A stretch of 46,230 nt of DNA, from assembly GCA_943704425.1 (NCBI GenBank), contig CALSCP010002017.1, forward strand, positions 1 through 46,230, written 5' to 3'. A program made the position numbers and the translations under genes. The DNA comes from Ministeria vibrans ATCC 50519. Its lineage: Eukaryota > Protista > Filasterea. Below are positions 1-11,299 of the stretch, in pieces. The notes beneath the pieces were generated by a model that was not told where the DNA came from, ran no database searches, and saw only the letters and a program-made list of their open reading frames with translations. Positions within the stretch are counted from its first letter, which is position 1; each line of letters opens with the position of its first letter.

Positions 1-68
<68 letters not shown>

Positions 69-87
69 CTTTGTTTCTTTCTCCCTC

Positions 88-119
<32 letters not shown>

Positions 120-147
120 CTATCTCTATTTTTCTTTCTAGTCTTAC

Positions 148-2017
148 TGCCTGCTTTGCAGCCTTGTGGTAATCATCGGCAACCTTGGGGGTGACAGAGA
201 AGTCGTGACGGACGACACCAGGGAGAGTGGCGTGGGGACGGTATTCCTTGGTCCCTGGCTGGGGCAGTTCGGTGGGCAGTGAGACGGGCGTGTGCACTTT
301 GGTGGCTGAGACACTTCTCTGTTGCACTTTGGTGCGCTTCTGTGCATGTGACTGTGCCGCAGCTGCGTCTGCTTCCTGGTCGGCCATGTCGGCGTCTGTG
401 CCGCGGTACGTCGTCTGGCGGTTCATGATGATGCGCTCCCACTCGGAGACAATGCGCAGCGCAATTGCACGATTGTCCCGCGTTTCTCGCGGATGTTGCA
501 CGAGCGCAACCATCACCTTGCCAAGCCCGCTCGCCTTCAAAAGGTCCTTTGCTTCGCCAGACGGCAGCGACTTCTTTGCGTTGAGTACGTGCAGCTGCTC
601 AATCAGCGGCAAGAGTGTCTCACGCACACTTAGCAGTGGAAGCTGCTTGTATCGCAGTCGCTCCAGCGCACTCATCTTCTTGATCTTCTCCGCATGTGCC
701 TTCTCCGCCTCCTCCTCCTGTCGGTCTGCCTCCTCCTCCGTGGTCGCTGTCCCTTTCGCCTTGGCCGCGTCCACGACAACACTCGGCTCTACCGGACTCA
801 GCCATTTGGCAAGCGACGCGAGCACTTCTGCACGAATCAGCGGCACATGCATTAGTGGCATTATCAGCGCACGCGACACCTCCGGAAGCAGCTTGAGTCG
901 GAGCGTCGAGGCGCGGCCCAATCGCCGTTGCTTCTCATCTTCGCGATGCGCCTTATCCATCCGCTCCACCAACTCCTTGGCACTCTTGGCCAGATCTTCT
1001 CGATCTCCCTCACTCAGTTTCTTGCGTCGTCGCGTCTCCGACTTCATCTTCTGAATGGTCTGCTGGAACTCCGACTTCTCTTTGTCTACCCCATCGCCCC
1101 GGGCACGCTTCGCCCGCGGCCCTTTGCTCTCTGCCTCCGACACCGTCTTCTTCTTCTTCGCCACGCTCTTCTGTTTCTTCTCCGCCTTCTTCTTGGCCGC
1201 CGCCGCCTTTTTCTTCTTGCTCTTGCTCCCGCCCGCGTCGTAGTCATCACCATCGTCACTGTCGCTCTCACTGTCACTGTCACTGTCATCGCTCGACGAG
1301 TCCGAGTCGGAGCCCGAGCCCGAGCCGGACGAAATATTGCTCCCATCGCTATCGTACTGCTCGCCCGACAGCGTCACAGTGGATGCCTTTCCCCTCTTGC
1401 GCTTCCTCACCGCCTGTCCCTTGGGTGCCGGCACTGCTGCTGCTGCTTCTGCTGCTGCTGCTGTCGTCGCCGCTGCCGAAGCGGATGCAGTGGACAAGGA
1501 CGCCTCGTGGTAGCTAGCATCGCCATCGTCGAGCACAGCAGTCGGCCCAAACCCCAGAAACTCCTTCTCGCGATGGCGCTGGCTCTCGTCGCCATCCGAG
1601 TCGTCCTCGTCCTCGTCGTCGTCGTCGTCGTCGCCGAACAGATCTTCGTGGATGCGTTGTCGCACAGACTAGACCGTGGATCGCGTGGTGTGTCAGTGGA
1701 GAGAGAAGGAGAGAGAGAGAGTAGAGAGAAGAGAGAGAGAGAGACAGAGAGAAGAAACTTTAAACGATTGAAAACGAAACAGAAAAAAAAAACGTTTTTT
1801 CCGTCACTTCTCAAACACAAAAGCGGGAAAACAAAGAGCACAATGGGACACACACACACAGACATCGACGGTGCACACACACGGATGCGCCTACCTGCAC
1901 GGGCTGCGCTGGCGGAGCAGACGCACTGGAAATGTCAGAACCACTCTGCGGCGCCGGATCGGCCGCTGCCTTCTCACCCGGCCCCATGTCGTGATCGTGG
2001 CTCTCCTCGTCAGACAT
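148..2017 (-). CDS. IWS1: IWS1/Spn1 transcription elongation factor (3' end runs out of the window)
   Basis: Exon 1 2017-1895 (MSDEESH...PVQ) is joined by a phase-0 GT-AG intron (1894-1669) to exon 2. An acidic/Ser-rich N-terminus precedes a TFIIS-N-like core (LKASGLGKVMVALVQHPRETRDNRAIALRIVSEWER). A GTAAG donor at 147 leads into CT-repeat sequence. Confidence 0.85.
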
Positions 2018-2133
2018 GCTATGTTCTTTCGGTGGAATAGATCAGAAAAGAATTGCAATTTGTACCTTTTTAATCTTTTTTAGTTTTTTTCAGTTTTTTG
2101 CTCTCTTGATCGATAAAGAAACAGAAATAAAGC

Positions 2134-3692
2134 ATGTGGAAATCTGGAGCGGGTAACAACGTCGAAGTCGAGGTAAGCGGGGTGTAAAAGCGGAAATAAG
2201 CGCTCAAATGACACACAACATCTCATAATCATCATAAATATGTTTAGGTGGCGGAAGATGACGACTGGGAGACAGACGCGGACTTTGTCAACGATGTCAG
2301 CGAGGAGGAGCAGGTGCGCTGGGTGCCTTTATGTCTGCTGGCTCGCGTCTTTGTCGTTTGCTTCTCTTTCTTTTCTTTTCGTTTTTTTCGTTTTTTTCGT
2401 TTTTGTTTTTTTTTTNNNNNNNNNNNNNNNNNNNNNNNNNNNNNNNNNNNNNNNNNNNNNNNNNNNNNNNNNNNNNNNNNNNNNNNNNNNNNNNNNNNNN
2501 NNNNNNNNNNNNNNNNNNNTTTTTTTTCTCTGATGAACTTTTCGTGTTTGTCTCTCTCTCTCTCTCCTTCTCTCTCTCTCTTGCCAGCGATGGGGCGCCA
2601 AGACGATCGAGGGAAGCGGACGGCCCAAGGCAGCGGTGGACGTGGCGAAGCTGCGGCAGGAGACGGCTGCGTCGCACAAAGAGGGAAGCAAAGCAGAGTA
2701 CAACAAGGGCCCCAAGGCAAGCTATGGCTATGGCGGCGAGTTTGGCGTGCACCAGGACCGCCAGGACAAGAGCGCGCTGGCGAACGATGCAGACACGTCC
2801 GTGGGCAAGCACGCTAGTGTTGTCGCGTCGACGGGCTACGGTGGCAAGTTTGGCGTGCAGAAGGATCGTGTGGACAAGAGTGCGCATTCGTGGGACTACA
2901 CGGCGCCCAAGGAGGAGGTGAAGAAGACGGCGCCCGTTGTCGCGCCCAAGGCGTCGTCGGCCAAGGCCAAGTTTGAGGCGATGGGCCAGCAGGCGGAGGT
3001 GGATGCGCAGGCGAAGATTGAGGCAGAGCGTGCGGCGAGACTGAAGCGCGACGAAGAGAATGCGTCGCGTGAGCTGGCGGCTGCGGCGAAACGCAAGGCA
3101 GTCCAGGACGCGCAGGACGCGAAGGCAGCCGAAGCAGAGCGAGCGCGTCAAGAGAAGGCAGCCGCGGCAGCTGCTGCTGCTGCAGAGGCACAGGCAGCGG
3201 CAGACGCACAAGCAGCCGCAGAGGCACAGGCGGCGGCTGAGGCGCAGGCAGAGGCTGATGCTGAGGCGGCGGCGGCTGCACAGGCTGAAGCTGAGGCGGC
3301 GGCCGCTGCACAGGCGGAAGCGGAAGCAGCGCAGGAGGCGGAAGCTGAAGCAGAGGTACAGTATGAGGAGGAGGCTGTGGAGGAGGAGGAAGCAGCGGTA
3401 GTGGAGGAGGAGGCAGAGGCAGAGGCGGAGGAGCAGGAGGAGGAAGAGGAGGAAGTTGCTGAGGAAGGAACGGGTGTGACGGGTCATGCTACGTTTGATT
3501 ATGAGGCACAGGGCGATGATGAACTGTCATTTGACGTGGGCGATGTCATCACCAACATTGACCAGGTATATATACATAAACGCAATCACTTACTCACTCT
3601 CACCTGTATAGATTGACGAGGGTTGGTGGCAGGGCGAGTGCAATGGCAGCTACGGTCTCTTTCCTGCGAACTACATTCAGCTTGACGAGTAA
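2134..3692 (+). CDS. CTTN: Cortactin/HS1-like actin regulator (DDW acidic motif, about 2 HS1 repeats, Ala/Glu-rich linker, SH3)
   Basis: Spliced MWKSGAG...DDDWETDADFVNDVSEEEQ|RWGAKTIEG. HS1 repeats GYGGEFGVHQDRQDKSA and GYGGKFGVQKDRVDKSA. SH3 FDYEAQGDDELSF...DQ|IDEGWWQGECNGSYGLFPANYI, with TAA at 3690-3692. Confidence 0.92.
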
Positions 3693-3806
3693 TACAATTT
3701 CTTGTCTTAATTTAGTCTGTCTTTCTGTGTTGCCTCTGGTCTCTGGTCTCTTGCTCTACTTGTTTCTTTCTCCTCTCCTTTCTTTTTTTTTTTTCTTAAT
3801 AATGGT

Positions 3807-5145
3807 TTACTGAATGACAAACCCTGTTCCCAAATTGTCTCTGGGATCCAAAGTCCAACGGGCATAGCCCGTCACAAAAGCCCTTCCTTGCAATCTGGGC
3901 ACTACAGCATCAGTCACCGCCGTACTGCCGCTGTGATCAGTCGTCGTTTGAGTGCCGTCACTACTACTTCGACTCGACTGCGCGTCCGACTCAATTGCAA
4001 CAAATCGACTCTGATTGACAGACGCACGCATAACTGAATCCACTATGGAGCGATTAATGAGAACGCCGCTGTCAACAGAGAGTCTTTGGCGGGCACACAG
4101 CTGTGCAAGTCGTCCCGACGTGCCAGTGCCAGTCGGAGAGCGGTCCAACTGCGCATCGGCAAAGATGCACACGTTGCGCTGCTCAATGCACTCGCGACTC
4201 TCATGTATGATGTCGCTGATGATGGTCCCATACAGTGTGTTTAGTCGCCTTTCCGTGGGGTGCACTAGCGTCGTTCCAAGCGCTCTGCGCACTGCCACTG
4301 ACACCTATTCAGAACCAGTCAATATGTCGCGCACTTCTAACTCGTTCTCTTGCTCACTTCTGTGCCAAACTGTCGTAACGTATGTGCCTCACTTGGAACC
4401 AATGCAACACCCGACGTGTTTTCAACGTAGGCGTAGAATGCTCCGCCAAAACACACGTCGGCAGTCACGCGACCAAAGGTGGGAGTGTCGACGGTGATGT
4501 CGCGCTGGAATATAAACGATGGCACATTGACCATCTCCACCTCGCCTACTCGCTCACCATCCCATCCCACGTACGCCTCAACAAGACCCGCAGGACTATC
4601 AATAGCAACGTGGGTTTGTGGCGAAACCTTCTCGACGAGACCCGTCGCCACAGCCACCGTCGCCAACGCAATAATGCCATGACTGCGGCACCAGAGCACA
4701 GCCCAAACAACGAGCCGAGACAGTACGTGAGTGAGTACGAGCGCATCAGCGTGTCAGCAACCGTCCTACCCACACATGTCGCTGTAGCCTTCGTTGTGCA
4801 TGAAGATGACGCCCATGTCGCTCTGCGCACGCACAGGCGCCGTAACCAGCGCCACGTACATGTCGCGGTGCCCCCTCGGCTCGTTCACCAGCATCCTGCG
4901 CACGTCGTCCAGGTGCTCGCCGAACCACGCTCGCTTCTCAAGCATATCCTTCCCGGGAATCGCCCGAATGCCTGCAGGCCGCAGCGGAAGGAAGCGCAAG
5001 AGGATCGTCTCAGACACAGTGAACTCAAAGTTTATTATCAACAAAAACCCCAAAGTGAAAAAATTTACTCACCTCCCGTGATGATTCGAAGAGGCTCGCC
5101 CCCCGTGTGAGCCTCGATTGTACTGATGGAATACACAGAATCCAT
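3807..5145 (-). CDS. L3HYPDH: Proline racemase family, trans-3-hydroxy-L-proline dehydratase type
   Basis: Multi-exon gene with motifs EAHTGGEPLRII, EPRGHRDMY, spliced MCGHG, NVPSF, FGGAFY and DRSPTGTGTSGRLA. The catalytic pair is Cys/Thr. Confidence 0.85.
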
Positions 5146-5387
5146 CCTGATTGAACAATTTTCTGTTTTTTTTTTTTTTTACTTTTTCATTATGATCATT
5201 CCATTTTCAATCCATTTTCAATGTGAAAAAATAAGTCGCCAAAAAGCAACAAAGGAGCACCTGCAACGACAGCCACGGAACCAGTTCAAACTTATACAAG
5301 TGGCTGTACAGCAGATTAGCGTCAAGAAAGACTCACTGGCGCAGTGAGCACTTTTGATTTGTAGAACTTGTTCATATTCATTAGCGA

Positions 5388-5410
5388 CCTTTTTTTTTGC
5401 TGCCTCTTTG
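5388..5410 (+). promoter_or_regulatory. Putative 5'TOP non-coding first exon of RPS8
   Basis: Pyrimidine tract CCTTTTTTTTTGCTGCCTCTTTG directly followed by a GTAAG donor at 5411. A polypyrimidine+CAG acceptor ends at 6180, 11 nt before the RPS8 ATG. Confidence 0.5.
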
Positions 5411-6191
5411 GTAAGGATCAGATCGTCAGCACGGCGTCGCGCAACCCCGCACCGTGCAGCTGCGCCGCGTGGCGCATCTGCCCTGGCAACACTGTCCGTC
5501 GTCACTTTTGTCGCAAGAAACATGAGGCAACGCCCTAGACGCCTTGCCGCCGCTGCCGGGCCATCCTGCCCACCTGCCGTTGCCCACCCGCACCCCCTGG
5601 CGCGCCCCGCCCGTCCCCTAACGCCTTCCTTTCTCTGCTCTTCTCGTCTTGCTGAAAACCAAAAAAAAAAAAAAAAAAAATCGAAGGGACATAAAGCGCC
5701 TCGTACGCACTCCACGGCGACGGTGCGCCTCTGTGGCTTCCCCTGCTGCCATTGCGGCACTCTGCCCCTTTGTTTCCTTCCATCCGTCTGCTCTCTCGCA
5801 CAGCACACCGCTCGAATGAGTTTTTTTTTTTTTTTTACGGAGACAAAAGAAACGCTCAGTGAGCACAGAAAGGGCTCTCTCGACGCGAGTCTTGCCCCCC
5901 AGCACACCAGCCCGCCGTGCTCCTGCCCCATGCCGTGGGTCGTGCGGCGCCCACATCGCGAATGCACATTTTCTTTTTCCAACCTGGAGCGTTTTCCATG
6001 CTCGTCGCACCACGCGCTGTTGCGCCCTTGGCTGCTCCCCTTGTCGCCGCGATCCCTCATCCTCCCACTCCACCCATTCCCCTCTGCCCTTGAAACGCCG
6101 CCCCAGAGCCCCGCACGTGAAGGAATATCTCCCACGACAGTTCTAATGCACTCTATTCTCTCCTCCTCTCCTCGCCACAGATCCAATCAAC

Positions 6192-6930
6192 ATGGGAATC
6201 AGCCGAGACAAGTGGCACAAGCGTCGCAGCACAGGAGGCAAGGTCAAGGCCTGGTGCCACAAGCACAAGTACGAGCTCGGACGTCCTCCGGCTCAGACCC
6301 GCATTGGCCCCAAGCGCGTCCGTACTGTCCGCACCCGTGGTGGAAACATCAAGCACCGTGGTCTCCGTCTCGATACCGGGTAAGATGAATCCCCAAAAGG
6401 CCCATTTGTGTTTCCTTTTTTTTTTTTTTTTTTGACCTCTTTTTACGGATGTCTCTCCCAACTCACACACGCACCCTCTCTCTCTCTCTCTCTCTTTGTG
6501 TCCCTGCAGCACCTTCTCGTGGGGCTCTGAGCTCACCAGCTCCAGATCGCGCATCATCAAGGTGTCTTTCAACTCGTCGAACAACGAGCTTGTGCGCACC
6601 AACACTCTGGTGAAGAACGCCATTGTGCAGGTTGACGCCACGCCGTTCCGTCTTTTCTACGAGAAGAAGTACGGTCTGCCCCTGAGCAAGCGCTCGACCA
6701 AGAAGGAAGACGACGCTGCCACCACCAAGAGCAAGTCGGTCGAGAAGAAGATCGCGGCACGTAAGCCCCTGTCCAAGCTTGAGCCGTCGCTCGAGCAGCA
6801 GTTCAACACTGGTCGTCTCTACGCCGCCATCACCTCGCGACCGGGTCAGTCGGGCCGCTGCGATGGCCGCATCCTCGAGGGTGCCGAGCTCGCCTTCTAC
6901 CTCAAGAAGATGGTCAAGGGAAAGAAGTAA
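6192..6930 (+). CDS. RPS8: 40S ribosomal protein S8 (eS8)
   Basis: [17 protein letters not shown]...RLDTG|TFSWGSE...[12 protein letters not shown]...[11 protein letters not shown]. Intron 6380-6509. Confidence 0.98.
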
Positions 6931-7076
6931 ATACAACCACATTTTGTTCTGTTCAAAAAATTTATTCTCAATTTTACACTTAAGTAACCTCAGAATAATA
7001 ATTTTACTTATATTGTTGGTTTCCCTTGTCGATCGGCCTTTAAAGTAATACTCACACACACACACTCTCTCTCTCG

Positions 7077-10000
7077 CTACAAGTCGTAATCCTCAAAGTC
7101 CAGCGTCGGCATATCAAAGTCTTCCACTGGTTTGAGCACAAACACTCCATCCTTGACCTGACTCTCCATATCGCTCTCTCTCTACACAAAGACACCGTGA
7201 GTAATAATTAGAGACAATGTTCATGGGGTAAACCTAGTTAAATATAAAAAATATACACTGAACTTACGTTGATACTCCCCAAAGGTCTGACACCAGGCAC
7301 AGCCGCTCCGCCACTGTAGCGGTCACTCGAAGCGGCAGCAGGCGCAGTATTCTGCCGCCCCGACATACTCCGGATCGCATCGCTCGACGGCCGTGCCCCG
7401 CGCGCACTCGCCAGTCGTGACGGCGCAAGTCGTCCTTGATCGGAGATGTCGGAGATCTCAGACCTGCTCATGCAATGATCAATCGATGAAATTGAAAACA
7501 TGTTATTACAAAGTCGTACCCTGCTGTCATGAGCGAGTGTCGACCACTCTGGCCGCGTCGTCGGAAAAACACAACCAGGAACAAAATCAAAAAGAGCACC
7601 AACAATCCACCCACAGCCGCACCAATGACCACCGCCATCGACAGCCCAGACGNNNNNNNNNNNNNNNNNNNNNNNNNNNNNNNNNNNNNNNNNNNNNNNN
7701 NNNNNNNNNNNNNNNNNNNNNNNNNNNNNNNNNNNNNNNNNNNNNNNNGTGACCACTCTGGCCGCGTCGTCGGAAAAACACAACCAGGAACAAAATCAAA
7801 AAGAGCACCAACAATCCACCCACAGCCGCACCAATGACCACCGCCATCGACAGCCCAGACGACGAGTTCTGACCACCCGTGCCACCGCCCGTGCCACCAC
7901 CAGGTGTCACACACTGGAATGCATTCACAAGATCCTGGCACGTCTGCCCCGCTGGACACGTCGCACCCGCTGCACACTCATCAATGTCCGTCTCACACTG
8001 GTCACCCGCATACCCAGCGGGACAACTGCACCCATACGCCCCCACACTCGGCTCAATGCACGCGCCCCCATTGCGACACGGGTTCGACGCACACTCGTCA
8101 ATGTCCACCGCACACTCACTCCCAGTGTAGCCAGTCGCACACGCACACGCATACCCTGCCCCGCTCTCACTGCACACTCCCCCGTTCGCACATGGATTCG
8201 ACGAACACGGCCCCACATCCGTCTCGCATCGCGTGCCCGTGCGCATCGACTCGCACGTACACATGAATCCAGGACCAGTGTCCGTGCACGTCGATGCCCC
8301 CTGACACGGGTTCGACGAGCACGCAGGCGCCATCGTCTCACACAGCGTCCCCGAGAACAGTCCCACACACGAGCAGCTAAACGAATTTGTCCCATCCACA
8401 CAGTTGCCTCCATTCTGACACGGAGCACTCGCACACTCATCCACATTGCTCGCACACCGCGCTCCCACAAACCCACTCGCGCACGTACACGAAAACATGT
8501 TGATGCCATCAACGCACGTCGCGCCGTTCACACACGGGCTCGACGCGCACTCGTCGTTGTTCAACTGGCACAGCGTCCCCGATGTCCCAAGCACACACCC
8601 ACACGTGAACCCGCCCCCAGCAGCACCCGAGCACACGCCGCTATTCTGACACGGCGACGACCCACACTCGTCAATGTCCTGGTCACACACACTGCCCGTA
8701 AACCCATTCACACACGCACACGTAAAGCCATTCACTCCGTCCGTGCATCCCCCTCCATTCTGGCAAGGGTTCGACGCGCACTCGTTCAATCCCGCTGCGC
8801 ACGTCGCTCCCGTAAATCCCGACGCACACGTGCACGTATACATGCCTGTCCCGTCCACACAGGTGCCTCCATTCACGCACGGCGCACTCGCACACTCATT
8901 CACGTTCACCTCGCACACCGTCCCCGAAAACGCACTCCCGCAGTTGCATGTAAACCCATTGTTGCCGTCGACACAAGGCCGGCTATTCTGGCACGGCGAC
9001 GACCCACACTCGTCAATGTTGCCGGAGCACGTCGTTCCCGTGAACCCCATCGCACACGTGCACACGTACCCACTCGCACCGTCCACACACGTGCCCCCAT
9101 TCGCACACGGTGTCGACGCACACTCGTTCACACTCGCCTCGCACGACCCACCCGTAAACCCAGACACACACAAACACTCATACATGTCCACGCGGTCCAT
9201 GCAGCTGCCTCCGTTTGCACACGGCGTCGACGCGCACTCGTCAATGTTCGTCTGACACGTCCCTCCAGTGTAGCCCGGCAAACACGTGCACACAAACGAG
9301 TTCACCCCGCTCGAGCACCCCGCTCCGTTCTTGCACGGGTTCAGCGGCGAACACAAGTCCACCGTCAGGTGACACTCATCCCCTGTAAACCCGCCGCTGC
9401 ATGTGCAGTCATATCCGCCCTCGAGATTCGCACAGCTCCCACTGTTCTGGCACGGCGACGACGCGCACTCGTCAATGTCCACGTCACACAGCGTGCCCGT
9501 CCAGCCCACCGCACACACACACTCGAACCGACCAACAGACGTGACACACGACGACACACCATGGCACGGTGACGACTCACACTCGTCCACCACACTCTCA
9601 CACACCGTGCCCGTAAACGCAGCCGGACACACGCACGTAAACCCGCCGCCAGGAGTGGCGTCGCACGCTCCCCCGTTGCTGCACGGCATGGACAGGCACA
9701 CCGCTGACACAATCGTTGTCTCGCAGTGGCTGCCGGTCGCCGTCGACGGACATTGACATGCGTACGACGACAACCCATCCATACACGCGCCCGTGACACA
9801 CGGCGACGACGCACATTCGTCAATGTTCGTCTCGCACAGCGCACCAGTAAACCCGTCCGCACAAAAACACGTCCCATTGCCGCCCTCCGAGCACACACCG
9901 CTGTTGAGGCACGGTGACGAGTCGCAGTACGGAAGGCGCTCGTCGCATGCAGCGCCCGTAAAGCCCGCCGGACACACGCACACAACACTGTTTACGCCAT

Positions 10001-11147
10001 CAATGCACGTCGCAATTGGCGGACACGCCTCGCTCGTGCATTCGTTGATGTTCGTCTCGCACTGTTCGCCGTCAAAGCCGGCCGCACACTGACACTCAAA
10101 GGTTCCAATGCCCACCAAACAGGAGGCACCGTTGGAACATGGGCTCGAGTCGCATTCGGTCATGCGCCGGGTGCGCTCCCGTGCCATGTCGGAAACAAGC
10201 GTGGTGACGCCCACACAGCACGCATCCGCCGTGGCCACCCTGAGCATCACTCCGCTCCGCATCATCTCAAGGGGAAGGTCGAATTCGAGTTGCTGCCGCC
10301 CATTCACCGTGTTCGTCGCACTCAGAGGGCGCCAGACGGCCCCATCAAGCGACATGGACACAGTGCGTGTGGGCGTCCCCACCACACCGCACTCTAAACC
10401 GCAAAAGCAAGAAAAAAACACACAATCCGCTTGATTTCAGTGTGCTGCACAGCATTAGACTACTGCAGTGAAACAGATATACACGAGCATTGCGGGTGCG
10501 TCTCTGTGCGTGCATTTCAGCAATGAAACTGTCACATTGCCGAAAAACCCACTGAAACCCCCGAAACCACAAAAACCAAGTTACGGTCATATTATGGCTT
10601 CCTGCCACATCATAACCCGCACACCTCAACATCCATGTGGATGGCGTGCAACCCGACGTCATTTGCGCGATTCCGTTGGAGTTCTGTGCGAATTGATCGT
10701 CTCCCTTATTTTTTCCCGAACGTGCAAAAGCGTTTTTTTCCCACTCTGACCAATTTCGAATCAACGATACAGAGCCCGACACGATATACCCCATGGAACA
10801 GCCACAGACAGCCACACAGACAGACGCGAGGCGAGACGCCGCAAAACTCACAGACGATAGAGAAAAAGAGGTTTTTTGCGTGTGAGTGTTTGTGTCTTAC
10901 CCAATTCTGAGAAGCTCAGCTTAACATGAGAGACGGCGCTCAGATCAAGCGGTGATGTGGTCAACTCGCTTGGGCGCGCCTCTGCAAGGTGCGGTGAGGG
11001 CAGGGCGAGACGAGAGCAGCCGAGCGGACGCGCAAACAACCGCTGATCAAAACCGCGATCGGAACGAGAGAGCACCGCACTGGCGTCCACACCGACGCCC
11101 ACTGCCAGACAGACAAGCAGCATGCGCATGGCAAACGTGGCTTCCAT
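7077..11147 (-). CDS. Type I membrane protein: signal peptide, one degenerate reelin sub-repeat, about 20 EGF repeats, TM, acidic Tyr tail (paralog A)
   Basis: Signal MRMLLVCLAVGVGVDA. Reelin-like ELTTSPLDLS and SLDGAVW. Repeated [14 protein letters not shown] EGF units. [29 protein letters not shown]. Spliced tail ends [11 protein letters not shown]-terminal exon boundaries are uncertain. Confidence 0.8.
7753..10148. repeat. Copy 1 of a ~2.4 kb near-identical direct duplication (EGF stalk + TM)
   Basis: Matches 11768-14163 at an offset of 4015 nt with only a few substitutions. Confidence 0.95.
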
Positions 11148-11299
11148 TGCAGCGATTGTTGAAAAATCAAAGTGAATCATACGAAATTCTCAAAATAATC
11201 TTTAAATAATCACTAGCAATCAATATGATGATGCATAAAATCAATCCAAACGTATTTTCCTTCGTTTCACCATTTCTCTCACTCACTCGCCACTCTCGC

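Noticed and set aside
5218-6388. 322 and 344 aa ORFs upstream of RPS8
   Set aside because: They are low-complexity, run through poly-A/T tracts, and lie in the inferred RPS8 leader intron.
7541-7652. Apparent duplicated TM exon in paralog A
   Set aside because: Identical sequence flanks both sides of the N-gap (7653-7748), which is typical unmerged contig overlap.
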